A stretch of 64,000 nt of DNA, from contig CBDDIJ010000005.1 in NCBI GenBank assembly GCA_965228855.1, forward strand, positions 736,001 to 800,000. Direction: 5' to 3'. The DNA is from Candidatus Obscuribacterales bacterium. GTDB taxonomy: Bacteria > Cyanobacteriota > Vampirovibrionia > Obscuribacterales > Obscuribacteraceae. Every line of letters begins with the position of its first letter. The stretch's first letter is position 1. Of the stretch, positions 39,823-49,827 are shown piece after piece. The notes under the pieces are model-generated. The model searched no databases, was not told the origin of the DNA, and worked only from the letters and a program-made list of their open reading frames with translations. A program made the translations under genes and the position numbers.

Positions 39823-41127
39823 CTAGGCAGATTTCTCGCCTTTAAGTTTAGCCTTTCTGATATCCAGAAGTTCGGCGGTTGAACGTTTATCAACAAGATC
39901 TTTCGTGATATGGCAGAGCTTGATGTCGTCGCGCGACGGCACTTCGTACATAACGTCCAGCATGATCTCTTCGACGATTGCTCTCAAGGCGCGAGCACCA
40001 GTCTTGCGCTTGAGCGCCTCTTCGGCGATGGCGCTGATGGCGTCGTCGTCGAACTTGAGATCCACGTGGTCCCACTTGAGGAGTTGCTGATACTGTTTGA
40101 TGAGGGCGTTCTTCGGCTCGACCATGATTCTGACGAGAGCGTCCACATCGAGCGCTTCGAGTATGGCGACAACCGGGATACGACCTACGAATTCCGGGAT
40201 CAAGCCAAACTTGATCAAATCGTCCGGAGCGGTTTCTTTGAGAATCTTGCTTATCTTCGCTTCACGCTCCCACTGGGTGAGAGGTCTTTCCGCGCCGAAA
40301 CCAATCGAGCGATTGGACGAAATTCTCGATTCGACAATCTTGTCCAAACCTACGAATGCGCCGCCGCAGATGAAGAGAATGTTGGAAGTATTGATTTGAA
40401 TGAACTCTTGATGAGGATGCTTGCGCCCGCCTTGCGGAGGAACGTTCGCAACGGTTCCTTCAATCATTTTGAGTAGAGCTTGCTGTACACCTTCACCGCT
40501 GACATCACGGGTGATGCTGGTGTTTTCAGATTTGCGTGAGATTTTGTCGATCTCGTCGATATAGATGATGCCGCGCTCGGCCTTCTTGATGTCGTAGTCG
40601 GCAGCCTGATAGAGACGCAGAAGAATATTCTCGACGTCCTCACCGACATAGCCGGCTTCGGTCAGCGTGGTAGCGTCTGCGACAGCGAACGGCACATCCA
40701 GCAATCTAGCCAGCGTTTGCGCCATCAATGTTTTTCCGCAACCTGTCGGACCGATGAGCAGGATGTTCGCTTTTTGAATTTCGACGTTTTCCTTGCTCTC
40801 CTCGTTATGAGTAATCCGCTTGTAGTGGTTGTACACAGCCACGCTCAGGATCTTCTTGGCGAGGTTCTGGCCGACGATATGCTCGTCCATGTTCTTCTTA
40901 ATGTCGTGCGGCTTAGGGATCTCGGTTAGAACGAGAGAAGAGCTCTCTTGCGCAGCACCACTTGCTGCCGGACCGCCTTCGAAAAGCTCCTCATCGAGGA
41001 TCTCATTACACAAATCGACGCATTCATCGCAGATATATACGCCGGGACCGGCAATTAGCTTTTTAACTTGGTCCTGGCTTTTCCCGCAGAACGAACACTT
41101 CAATCGGTTGTCAGATGGTTTTGGCAT
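39823..41127 (-). CDS. clpX: ATP-dependent Clp protease ATP-binding subunit ClpX
   Basis: CSFCGK...ICDECV zinc finger, [19 protein letters not shown] loop. Confidence 0.98.
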   Translation of the reverse strand: MPKPSDNRLKCSFCGKSQDQVKKLIAGPGVYICDECVDLCNEILDEELFEGGPAASGAAQESSSLVLTEIPKPHDIKKNMDEHIVGQNLAKKILSVAVYNHYKRITHNEESKENVEIQKANILLIGPTGCGKTLMAQTLARLLDVPFAVADATTLTEAGYVGEDVENILLRLYQAADYDIKKAERGIIYIDEIDKISRKSENTSITRDVSGEGVQQALLKMIEGTVANVPPQGGRKHPHQEFIQINTSNILFICGGAFVGLDKIVESRISSNRSIGFGAERPLTQWEREAKISKILKETAPDDLIKFGLIPEFVGRIPVVAILEALDVDALVRIMVEPKNALIKQYQQLLKWDHVDLKFDDDAISAIAEEALKRKTGARALRAIVEEIMLDVMYEVPSRDDIKLCHITKDLVDKRSTAELLDIRKAKLKGEKSA

Positions 41128-41235
41128 TTGGCTTCCCTGTCTAACTAGTGCCTATGTTTGGCAATTTCACAACGACTTACGAACGTTGCTACTATCCTAA
41201 CCTAATGATCCCATATAAGCACGCACTAATTTGTC

Positions 41236-41943
41236 TTAAACGGCCGAGAGATTTGGACTGTCTTCCAATTTTTGAATGACTTGGTCAACCAGACCATATC
41301 CCTTGGCTTCTTCGGCGGTCATGATGTTATCGCGATCCGTGTCCTTTTCAATGGTTTTCACGGACTGACCTGTGTGCATCGCGAGGAGCTCATTGAGCTG
41401 TCTCTTAATTCTCAAGATCTCGCGAGCTTGAATTTCAATATCAGTAGCTTGACCGGATGCACCGCCCAGAGGTTGGTGGATCAAGATACGCGAATGTGGC
41501 AACGCCATTCTCTTACCTTTTGTTCCGGCAGCCAGGAGGAACGCTCCCATACTTGCGGCCTGACCGAGGCAGATTGTCACAACATCGCAGCGGATGTGCT
41601 GGATAGTGTCATATATAGCTAACCCTGCCGTCACCGATCCACCTGGAGAGTTAATGTAGACGCGGATATCTTTCTCCGGGTCTTCACCTTCAAGAAGGAG
41701 CAGCTGAGCCACAATCGTGTTGGCAATCATGTCGTCGATTGGAAAACCGAGGAACACGATACGTTCGCGCAAGAGTCTGGAGAAGATATCCATCGCTCTT
41801 TCGCTGCGTGCAGTGGTTTCGATAACCGTAGGAAAAAACGCTTGCGGCGATGCAATTGGGCTGATGCTCGTGGGTCCGTAGAGCAAGCTGTCGCGTGTTC
41901 CATGGAGCAAGCTGTCGCGCATTCCCATTTCCTTGTCTGACAT
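41236..41943 (-). CDS. clpP: ATP-dependent Clp protease proteolytic subunit
   Basis: [26 protein letters not shown] (Ser), IHQP (His), DRD (Asp). Confidence 0.98.
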   Translation of the reverse strand: MSDKEMGMRDSLLHGTRDSLLYGPTSISPIASPQAFFPTVIETTARSERAMDIFSRLLRERIVFLGFPIDDMIANTIVAQLLLLEGEDPEKDIRVYINSPGGSVTAGLAIYDTIQHIRCDVVTICLGQAASMGAFLLAAGTKGKRMALPHSRILIHQPLGGASGQATDIEIQAREILRIKRQLNELLAMHTGQSVKTIEKDTDRDNIMTAEEAKGYGLVDQVIQKLEDSPNLSAV

Positions 41944-42217
41944 TGGTAGGTTTCTCCCCTCTTGTAGCTTCCTGAGTTAGATCCGATGTGTCGGCTTGTG
42001 TCTTTTTAATCCGGTCGTTTACTTACTGAAGGTTATATCAGAATCCGATCGAATTAGAGTATTCAAGCGCCTTTTTCTGAGTATTCAAGGTATCTCTGAC
42101 TGACGCGCAGATTCGACTTCTTGATATCGGAATAAAACCGATTGTCGCTTTGGCACATCCACCAAACATGATCCGGGCGGCGAGCATCTCAGGCAGGAAC
42201 GCCCTCACGCTGGTCGC

Positions 42218-43663
42218 TTACTTGTCTTTCTTAGCTGCTTTCTTCTTCGAAGATGATTTTGCCGATGCAACCACTTCTTCCTTCTCTTCGGCATCGTGGT
42301 CGCAGTCAGGTCCATGCTCGTGACCGCCCTCGTGCTCGTGTCCGTGAGCGCACTCAGGGCCATGCACGTGGGTGTCTTCAACGTAGTTGAGTTCGGCGTT
42401 ATCCACGAGAAAATCGACAACTTTGCCAGTCAAAACTTCTTCGGTAATTTGACGCATCAGATACTCATCTTGCGCCATTTCTCTGTAACGCTCGGGCGGA
42501 ATGTTGTTGCTTACTGCGATTTGAGCGAGGTAAGGAGCGACTTCTTCTTCGGAAACCGAGAGGTTTTCAGCTCTCACAACCGCACCGAGAACCAGGCTAT
42601 GGAGAACGCGTTGTTTCGCTTCTTCTTGCTTGCCTTCTTCTACTTTGGCGAAGTTCTCGTTCTTCTTGTACTCATCCCAGCTCTCGCCATAGCGCTCGAC
42701 TTCCTGACGCATTTGTTGCATCAACAATTCGTGCTCGCGTTTGATCATCGTCTCAGGAATGTCAACTTGAGCGCGTTCGACCACGGCTTCAACTACAACT
42801 TTTTGAGCGCGTGCGCGGTTTTGCATTTGAAGATCATCGTCAAGACGCTCTTTGATAGCGGCTTTCAGAGTATCGAGGCTTTCGTGATCGTAGCCCTTAG
42901 CCATTTCGTCATTGATTTCAGGAACGACTCTCTGGCGCACTTCTTTCAGGTCAACTTCGAAAACTGCCGGTTTACCAGCGAGCGCTTTGTTTCTGTACTC
43001 TTCCGGGAAAGTCACTTCGATTTTGAACTTCTCGCCAGGCTTGTGGCCAACCAGCTGTTCGCAGAAGTTGGGAAGAAATTGTCCTTCTTTCACTTCAAGC
43101 GTAAGACCCTCGCCTTTGCCGCCTTCAACCGGTTTGTCTTCGACTTTGCATTCGAAGTCGAGCAAAACGTGATCGCCTAGAACTACTTCACGGGGGTCAA
43201 CCGGCTTGAGGTCTGCCTTTTGCTCTGCGAGGTGTTCGAGAGCTTTGTCGACAGCGTTATCGTTGAGTTTAGCTTCCGGCACATCGACTTTGAGATTTTT
43301 GTATTCACCCAGCGTGACTTCAGGACGAACTTCGAACTTTGCCTTCATGGTGAGCGGCTCACCGAGCTCGAATTTGCATTCCTGAATTTCAGGATTCGTG
43401 ATGATGTCGAGGTTTTTGTCGACAATAACTTGCTGCAGCAAGTCGGGGATCAAGCGCTCAAGCGCTTCCTTTTTGATAATTTCGCGACCGAAGCGCTTTT
43501 CGATAATATTTCTTGGAGCTTTGCCTTTTCTGAAACCTGGAATCTCAACCTGGTGAGACAGCTCGCGACATGTAATTTCGTAAGCTCTTGATGCCTTCTC
43601 CGCCTCGAGCTCAACTCCGACGAGCACGATGTTCTTGCCTTCACGGTCTAGAGTAACCTTCAT
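42218..43663 (-). CDS. tig: Trigger factor with His/Cys-rich C-terminal tail
   Basis: IPGFRKGKAP ribosome-binding motif, FKBP-type domain (VTFPEEY..LAGKPAVF); tig-clpP-clpX-lon synteny. Confidence 0.96.
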   Translation of the reverse strand: MKVTLDREGKNIVLVGVELEAEKASRAYEITCRELSHQVEIPGFRKGKAPRNIIEKRFGREIIKKEALERLIPDLLQQVIVDKNLDIITNPEIQECKFELGEPLTMKAKFEVRPEVTLGEYKNLKVDVPEAKLNDNAVDKALEHLAEQKADLKPVDPREVVLGDHVLLDFECKVEDKPVEGGKGEGLTLEVKEGQFLPNFCEQLVGHKPGEKFKIEVTFPEEYRNKALAGKPAVFEVDLKEVRQRVVPEINDEMAKGYDHESLDTLKAAIKERLDDDLQMQNRARAQKVVVEAVVERAQVDIPETMIKREHELLMQQMRQEVERYGESWDEYKKNENFAKVEEGKQEEAKQRVLHSLVLGAVVRAENLSVSEEEVAPYLAQIAVSNNIPPERYREMAQDEYLMRQITEEVLTGKVVDFLVDNAELNYVEDTHVHGPECAHGHEHEGGHEHGPDCDHDAEEKEEVVASAKSSSKKKAAKKDK

Positions 43664-43819
43664 GTTCTCTCAACTGCCCCTTGCTTAGTACAGAAAATGT
43701 AGGCGGTGATTTGAGCGGACTTACCGAAGTCGTCTCAAATGCATACACCGCTAACAACAACACGCGATTTTAGCACGCTGGGGGCGCCTGCGTGCTCGTT
43801 TGCATGTAATGTCTTTACT

Positions 43820-44335
43820 TTAGAGAGTCGGTATATCCGATGGTGCAGTCAAAACAACAACGAGCCCCAACAGGAGCGCCAGGTTGATTGTCAGGAAGAT
43901 ACCGAAGAAGGTAGCACCCATCATCAATTGCCACGAAAGCAAGGCTTGACGCGGATTGAACGTTCCAATAATTCCAAAACGATTGGCGATGTAATAAAAA
44001 ATGGACATGCCAATCAAAATATCGCAAACCACGAGAAGCGGCATGCGGTGCGGCGCTAGCGGTTCAATCAACATCGCGCCGACGGTTACGATCGAAACAA
44101 TCATTAACCAGATGCTGGTCGCTCGGTCGCTGTCGCGCACCTTGACCGCTTCATCTTGAGAAATACTGTTGACGTAATTGAATGAATCCAGACAAGCCTT
44201 AAATAGCGGGCGACGCTTGAAAACACCCTGTGCCTCTGCGGGTTTCGCATCAGTCGAAGGAACTGCAGCCTCAGGCTTGTCTGATGACGCCCCCGAACCG
44301 GACTCGACGTTGCTGCCTGCTGTTTCATCGCTCAT
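43820..44335 (-). CDS. Hypothetical membrane protein
   Basis: Three hydrophobic segments; AGGAG RBS. Confidence 0.65.
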   Translation of the reverse strand: MSDETAGSNVESGSGASSDKPEAAVPSTDAKPAEAQGVFKRRPLFKACLDSFNYVNSISQDEAVKVRDSDRATSIWLMIVSIVTVGAMLIEPLAPHRMPLLVVCDILIGMSIFYYIANRFGIIGTFNPRQALLSWQLMMGATFFGIFLTINLALLLGLVVVLTAPSDIPTL

Positions 44336-44680
44336 CCCGCGCGTCTCCTGAGCTGTAGGTAAAACTTATCGTCAGAATTCCCTTAGATTGCCCTGTCACT
44401 GGATAGAGACATTGCCAAGCCTACTATAGCAGTTGACTGATCTCGATAAGTATTATGTGCCACAGCGACAAGCGGACCGTGCAACTAGTTTCAAAATCGC
44501 AGTTAGATCGAGTTGCCGCGGAGGTGGCGTCAGCGGTTACAGCAAACAATCAATTGCCGTGCAGCCAAGACGTCAACTATGACGCAGAACCGGCACCATT
44601 CCAAGAGATCCGGGTAACGAATCATCAAGCTGGAAGGCGAGATTTTGTGATAACCTAGTTCAACTCAAAGGCGTTGCGGT

Positions 44681-44686
44681 TATAAT
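44681..44686 (+). promoter_or_regulatory. -10 element (TATAAT) for tRNA-Gly
   Basis: Consensus TATAAT 17 nt upstream of the tRNA 5' end; no clear -35. Confidence 0.5.
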
Positions 44687-44703
44687 GAACCGCATGCTGA
44701 ATT

Positions 44704-44778
<75 letters not shown>

Positions 44779-44784
44779 TTTTTG

Positions 44785-44818
44785 AACGACCGCCAGGCTG
44801 GCGGTCGTTTTGCTTTTT
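44785..44818 (+). terminator. Intrinsic terminator of tRNA-Gly
   Basis: AACGACCGCCA-GGC-TGGCGGTCGTT followed by TTGCTTTTT. Confidence 0.85.
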
Positions 44819-44858
44819 CGGCGATAACTCTCGTCCAGATGGCAGCCAGAGTATTGAG

Positions 44859-45108
44859 GGTGTCCTTCGGACTTCTTAAGTTAGTTCCGCTATTACGGGA
44901 TGCCAAGAAATCACCCACCAACACCTACACCAAGAACCTCAATCCCCAAAACGCCCACGAGCTCTGTAAGCAGGAAATTTTTCCATTTTTCCCTGCGATA
45001 GGTTTGGCAACTCAAAAGCGGGGGCGCCTCCGGGAAACCGTTGCGCTGCAGAGGCTTCGAGAAAAATCCCCAGACAGCGGAAACAACATAAGAAGTCCGA
45101 AAGAGACC
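44859..45108. repeat. ~250-bp element bounded by ~35-42-bp imperfect inverted repeats
   Basis: TTCGGACTTCTTAAGTTAGTTCCGCTATTACGGGA (44866-44900) versus reverse complement of 45067-45101, TTCGGACTTCTTATGTTGTTTCCGCTGTCTGGGGA. Confidence 0.6.
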
Positions 45109-45190
45109 GGCAGGGTGCGCATGCGAAACTGGACCGGCGAGAAAGCGCAGCTAAATTCTGGCAACGCAATCGGGCTTCACCCTGCGTACG

Positions 45191-46051
45191 CTAGGAAATT
45201 TCCCGATCGGCAGTATGCACTTCGATACTTGCGGTCAATTCTTCGGACCGCTCGGGCCAAACAAAGTTGAGCGCGATGGGCAATCCGCGAATGTTTTCGG
45301 CCAGTGACTTTACGTTCATACGCATGCCTTTACCCCAGAACAACTCTGGACAAAATTCCAATAACTTCTCCGCAGCTGCTTCCAATGCGGCTTCTTGTTC
45401 AGCAGAGAGATCAGCTGAACAGTGGTCGTCGTCGCAATCATCGTGTTCCTGAGCATCTTGATTGAAAGCGTACTGCTCCGGATCCACCTGACTGGAGCTG
45501 CCCGCCTCTAGCGATTCCGGCGGTCGCTCGCTTGATGAACCTTCAGATGGATGGTAAATATGCGGGTTTTCAAAAGATGTTGCTTGAGGTCTCGATTTTG
45601 GAATGAATGAAACCTCCGCGCTGAAGGACAGTTTTGCGGCGTGAAAAATCTCGAATGACAATTGATGTTGAGTTTCAAGCTCGTACAACTCTCTGGCAAG
45701 CCGCTGGCCATCCCATCCTCGAGAGCGTGCTTCTGTGCCTTCGAACTCCAGAATTATGCTGGGGTCGTCGGCGCCAATTGCCGTCAGGTCAAAGCGGATG
45801 TCCGGAACCAAGCCGGTCGGGTCGAATTCAACATCCGGGTAAATCACGTTCCCATAGTATAGAAGCGTATCTTTGGGCATGTTTTTGCGCAGTGCGTTCA
45901 AATTTATCGCAGCAGCGGAGCCGGAGAATAACGCTATTCGGGCGACATCATATGTCTCGCCGTTGCTAGCGGCAAATTTTTCCACGCGAGGATGTACGCC
46001 CACTGCACGTTCCAGCTGTTCAATCACTTCAACTATCCAGTTACTCGACAT
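45191..46051 (-). CDS. Divergent DUF4253-like protein with acidic insertion
   Basis: IL...GT....GWD...L..EL...F.I..A...F.A and A.KL.EFCPEL..G.....SLA....LNFVW resemble DUF4253. Confidence 0.6.
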   Translation of the reverse strand: MSSNWIVEVIEQLERAVGVHPRVEKFAASNGETYDVARIALFSGSAAAINLNALRKNMPKDTLLYYGNVIYPDVEFDPTGLVPDIRFDLTAIGADDPSIILEFEGTEARSRGWDGQRLARELYELETQHQLSFEIFHAAKLSFSAEVSFIPKSRPQATSFENPHIYHPSEGSSSERPPESLEAGSSSQVDPEQYAFNQDAQEHDDCDDDHCSADLSAEQEAALEAAAEKLLEFCPELFWGKGMRMNVKSLAENIRGLPIALNFVWPERSEELTASIEVHTADREIS

Positions 46052-46163
46052 AGTTTAAAAACCGATATGCAGCCAGCCCCTGTTATTTTGATTCATCTGC
46101 GCTCTGCGCTGATCTGCCTTTTCTACCCTGTGTGATGACACGTTTTCAGTGATGTGCGCGGTT

Positions 46164-46832
46164 TCACTGGAGCATGTCTTCCACGCTGGGTGCCGAATTA
46201 GTTTCGGCCCAGGTCATTGAGATATGAGCCTCGTCTTGCTCGAGCAGAGTGGCTAAGCTCAAGGCATTCGGCTTGAAGCCGGTACCGACGTAAAGTTCCG
46301 GACAGATGCGTTTCAATTCCTGGGCGACGTGTTGGAAATCAGAGCCAGTGCAGATAAAGTCGGCGGCGATGAAATCCGGTTCGGCGAACAGAACGTCGAT
46401 TTCAACTCCGCCAATCGAATCAAGTTCTTTGATAAGGCGCTCAGTGTCCCAGCCAAAAGATTCAACATGCGTCTGAGCAGCACGAAGCACTCCCTGAAAC
46501 CCCGTACCCTGCGCCACGAGAAGATCAAAGGAGCCGGTGTTTCTACCAAACGGATTCCAGTCGGGACTGCGATGACCAAAGAAGTGAACGGCGTTTTTGG
46601 GTAGTTTAGACTTGAGTTCCATATCAGTATCGAGTCCAAAAGTTTGCGGACACTTCACACAGACCGTCTCGATGGATTCCCCGTTATCCGCATGGATAGT
46701 ATCAAAGCGAAACTCGGAAGCTGCGCTGAAACCATCAAGCTTACCCATTACAGACCGAAGCAGTTCGACAATCTGTTGTTGCCAAACAGATGCTGCGCGG
46801 CTTTCGGTTGTTTTTTGCCGGATTTCACTCAT
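46164..46832 (-). CDS. Divergent DUF4253-like protein
   Basis: VLRAAQT....GWDTERLIKEL...AQELKRICPELYVG...LSLATLL...ISMTW; paralogous to 45191..46051. Confidence 0.6.
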   Translation of the reverse strand: MSEIRQKTTESRAASVWQQQIVELLRSVMGKLDGFSAASEFRFDTIHADNGESIETVCVKCPQTFGLDTDMELKSKLPKNAVHFFGHRSPDWNPFGRNTGSFDLLVAQGTGFQGVLRAAQTHVESFGWDTERLIKELDSIGGVEIDVLFAEPDFIAADFICTGSDFQHVAQELKRICPELYVGTGFKPNALSLATLLEQDEAHISMTWAETNSAPSVEDMLQ

Positions 46833-46883
46833 TATTCCTGACCGGGTGTGATTGCAAATGACGCCTGCAAAATGCGGCTACGC

Positions 46884-47873
46884 CTATTTGCGGCTACCGG
46901 CTTGAACCCTGGGTCTGGCAGACAGTCGCGCTTCCACGTCAGACAAAACTTTGACGACATGATACGCGTTATTCGCGTCAGAGCGCGGACGCTGCCCGGT
47001 TGAAACGCACTGAAGGAAGTGCTCGCACTCCAGATGCAGAGGTTCAAGATCCGGATAAGGAGCGGTTTCAACAATCATTCGCCCTTCCGGGGTCATGGAG
47101 TGAAGAGTGAGCTTGTCTTCGAAAAGCGTGTCGTTTAGAACGGCAGTTTTCTTCGTGCCGTTGACGGTCAGACGGACGAGTTTTTGAGGATCTATCCAGC
47201 TGTTTCGCACCTGGCCGGGGATAATCCGATTGCCCTTTTCGACCGGGAAGGAGACGTCCAGATAAGCTACATCAACAAGATTGTCGCCCTGTGTATCCCA
47301 TCCGCCGACGCGGGTCACCTCAGGCGCTTCGCAATCGAGCAGGTAGCTCATCATTGACAGATCGTGGGGCGCCAGATCCCAGAGAACGCTCCAGTGGCTT
47401 CGGAAACGATTGAAATTCATTCGGTCCGAGCGCACGAAGAGAAGCTCTCCGAGCTCGCCTGAAGCGATCACTTCTTTGAGGCAATTTACCGCAGGATGGT
47501 AGAGAAGCAGGTGCCCGACCATCAGAACAAGGTTGCGCTGATTCGCTATGGAATCAAGCTCTTCGCATTCGTTGACGTCGCGCGCGAGCGGTTTTTCTAC
47601 ATATACGTGTTTGCCGGCGAGAAGTGATTTCTTCGCCAGCGCAAAATGTGTGTCGGACGGCGTTGCAATCACAACAGCCGCGACCTCTTTGTCTTCGAGC
47701 ACGCTGTCAAAACTAGTAGTGACTCTGATTCCCATAAACTCTTGCGCCAGACGCTCGAGCTGTTTGGAATCAGAGTCACAAACGACAGCCAAGGCTCCGA
47801 GGTGAGCAAAGTTACGGACCAGGTTCTTGCCCCAGTTTCCGCACCCTATCACTGCTACCTTAGGTAGCTCCAA
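46884..47873 (-). CDS. Gfo/Idh/MocA family oxidoreductase
   Basis: VAVIGCGNWG, IATP..TH, GKHVYVEKP, WDLAPHD. Confidence 0.92.
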   Translation of the reverse strand: MELPKVAVIGCGNWGKNLVRNFAHLGALAVVCDSDSKQLERLAQEFMGIRVTTSFDSVLEDKEVAAVVIATPSDTHFALAKKSLLAGKHVYVEKPLARDVNECEELDSIANQRNLVLMVGHLLLYHPAVNCLKEVIASGELGELLFVRSDRMNFNRFRSHWSVLWDLAPHDLSMMSYLLDCEAPEVTRVGGWDTQGDNLVDVAYLDVSFPVEKGNRIIPGQVRNSWIDPQKLVRLTVNGTKKTAVLNDTLFEDKLTLHSMTPEGRMIVETAPYPDLEPLHLECEHFLQCVSTGQRPRSDANNAYHVVKVLSDVEARLSARPRVQAGSRK

Positions 47874-47897
47874 TGGACCCCCTTGCTGTGCTAACGC

Positions 47898-48179
47898 TTA
47901 CTTGCGTTTGTTGACAGCTTCACTAAACTCCTTACCTACTTTGAAGCCAGGTACGCGTTTAGCGGGAATGTGCAACGGCTCATTGGTCTTGGGATTGCGG
48001 CCAGTACGCGCTTTGCGGTTTCTGGCTTCAAATGTTCCAAATCCAACGAGAGTTACTTTATCTCCCGTAGCAACTGATTTGATGACGGTTTCCATCATCT
48101 TATTAATCACTTGCTCAGCATCCTTTTTCGTTGTTCCGGCTTCTTTTGCGACGATATCGACCAATTCAGCTTTATTCAA
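47898..48179 (-). CDS. hup: DNA-binding protein HU
   Basis: MNKAELV..., VTLVGFGTFE.R.R.AR.GRNPKT...IPA..VP.FK.GK. Confidence 0.96.
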   Translation of the reverse strand: MNKAELVDIVAKEAGTTKKDAEQVINKMMETVIKSVATGDKVTLVGFGTFEARNRKARTGRNPKTNEPLHIPAKRVPGFKVGKEFSEAVNKRK

Positions 48180-48471
48180 GGCGTTTTAACCCCGCGACTT
48201 AACTACACCAACTACGGACGGGATACCAGAGTTACCAGAGAACATGGGATACCGATTCGTAAGTGATGCTTCAGGGTCTCTATCGATTTATCGATTGAAT
48301 TCGAGAACATCAAGTAGGATAAACGAGGATCCTTAGCTTCGTGTTAATGCAACCAAAACGGTTTCATTACCTGCGTTTCGCAGGATGATCTTTCGAATCA
48401 AAGCAATGCTAGCATAAGGTTGGGCGTTACGTAACGCTTGATATAGCCAGTATGACGAGAAATTATTACTA

Positions 48472-49818
48472 ATGGTTTTCTCCAGGCAAGTCAGTATTTC
48501 ATCGTTTCATCGAGATGCGTGGGTCGAAATCGATCTATCCGCAGTCGAGCACAACGTTTCCGTCATTCGCTCTTGGCTTGCTGTCAACCCCAAACCGGCT
48601 CGTTTGATGGCCGTCGTCAAGAGCGACGCCTACGGCCACGGCGCTCCGCAAGTGGCTGATATGTTATCGAACTCCGGTGCCGAGTATCTTGGCGTCGCCT
48701 CCGTGGACGAGGGATGTCAGTTGAGATCGGCATCTATTAAGTCTCCAATCCTTATACTGAGTCCTACACCATTCTGGGCAATTGACAATGCGCTCGAAGA
48801 TGGGCTTGAACTGACAATCGCGGCCGTCAAACAGGCACGCGATATCGACAAAATTGCGCGAAAGCGCGGGCAAAGAGCTCGCGTTCATTTAAAGGTAGAC
48901 AGCGGAATGCACCGCCTGGGCGTCCCGCCGGAGGCCGCGCCCGCGCTAGTCGACGAGATCTCGAAACTGGCCAATGTCGATCTGGTTAGCGTGTTCAGCC
49001 ACCTCGCTCGCGCCGGCGATCAAGCTACGACAACTGCGCAATTGCGAGAATATGAAAGCGCCCTCAAGCGGCTCAACTACAGCCGCGACGGCAAAACCTT
49101 TTTCGCTCATCTGGCCTCGAGCGAGGCTGCTCGAAAATTTCCGGAGACCCACTTCGATATGGTGCGCGTCGGACTTTATCTATATGGGCTGGAAGGAACA
49201 GGAACGTCTGACGTTCTTGTTCCCGCCATGTCAGTCAAGGGACGAATCAATCACGTCAACCTGGTGAAAGAAGGCGATCGAGTCGGCTACAACTTGACCT
49301 GGGAAGCGCGTCGTGACTCGCGCCTGGCCTGCGTTCCGATTGGATATGCGGACGGCGTTGATCGTCGATTGTCAAACCGCATGGAGGGTCTGCTGCTGGG
49401 GCGCAAGATCAAGCAGGTCGGTATCATTTCAATGGACCAGATGCTCTTTGATATAACCGATGTTCCAGAGGCTCAGGACGGAGATGTCATAACGCTCATA
49501 GGCAAGGATGAACTGCCTACGGGTCGGTCATCGAAGAGCAACAAAGATGAAAATGGTAGTTCAACCTTCAGCGCCGCCGGCAAACACGAGCCTGCCGAAG
49601 TTTCGTTGAACCTGGCCAACTGGGCAGAGATGCTGGACACGATAACGTACGAGCTGGCGTGCAGATTGCGCGCTCGGTTGCCGCGAATTTACACGCGACA
49701 TCATAAAAGTGGCTCGGGAAGCGTGATCGCAACGGACATCGGAAAGCAAACAAACGCGTCGGCCGATACAAATGGCACCGTCCATTCCGAAAAACTTTCC
49801 ACAAAGCAACCGAGGTAA
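48472..49818 (+). CDS. alr: Alanine racemase
   Basis: AVVKSDAYGHG (PLP Lys), HLKVDSGMHRLG, PIGYADG, SMDQ, TITYE. Confidence 0.96.
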   Translation: MVFSRQVSISSFHRDAWVEIDLSAVEHNVSVIRSWLAVNPKPARLMAVVKSDAYGHGAPQVADMLSNSGAEYLGVASVDEGCQLRSASIKSPILILSPTPFWAIDNALEDGLELTIAAVKQARDIDKIARKRGQRARVHLKVDSGMHRLGVPPEAAPALVDEISKLANVDLVSVFSHLARAGDQATTTAQLREYESALKRLNYSRDGKTFFAHLASSEAARKFPETHFDMVRVGLYLYGLEGTGTSDVLVPAMSVKGRINHVNLVKEGDRVGYNLTWEARRDSRLACVPIGYADGVDRRLSNRMEGLLLGRKIKQVGIISMDQMLFDITDVPEAQDGDVITLIGKDELPTGRSSKSNKDENGSSTFSAAGKHEPAEVSLNLANWAEMLDTITYELACRLRARLPRIYTRHHKSGSGSVIATDIGKQTNASADTNGTVHSEKLSTKQPR

Positions 49819-49827
49819 CAAACAAAC

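Noticed and set aside
43770..43798. CIRCE-like inverted repeat upstream of tig (TTAGCACGC-N11-GCGTGCTCG)
   Set aside because: The spacer is 11 nt rather than 9 and both arms deviate from TTAGCACTC/GAGTGCTAA; more likely an ordinary hairpin.
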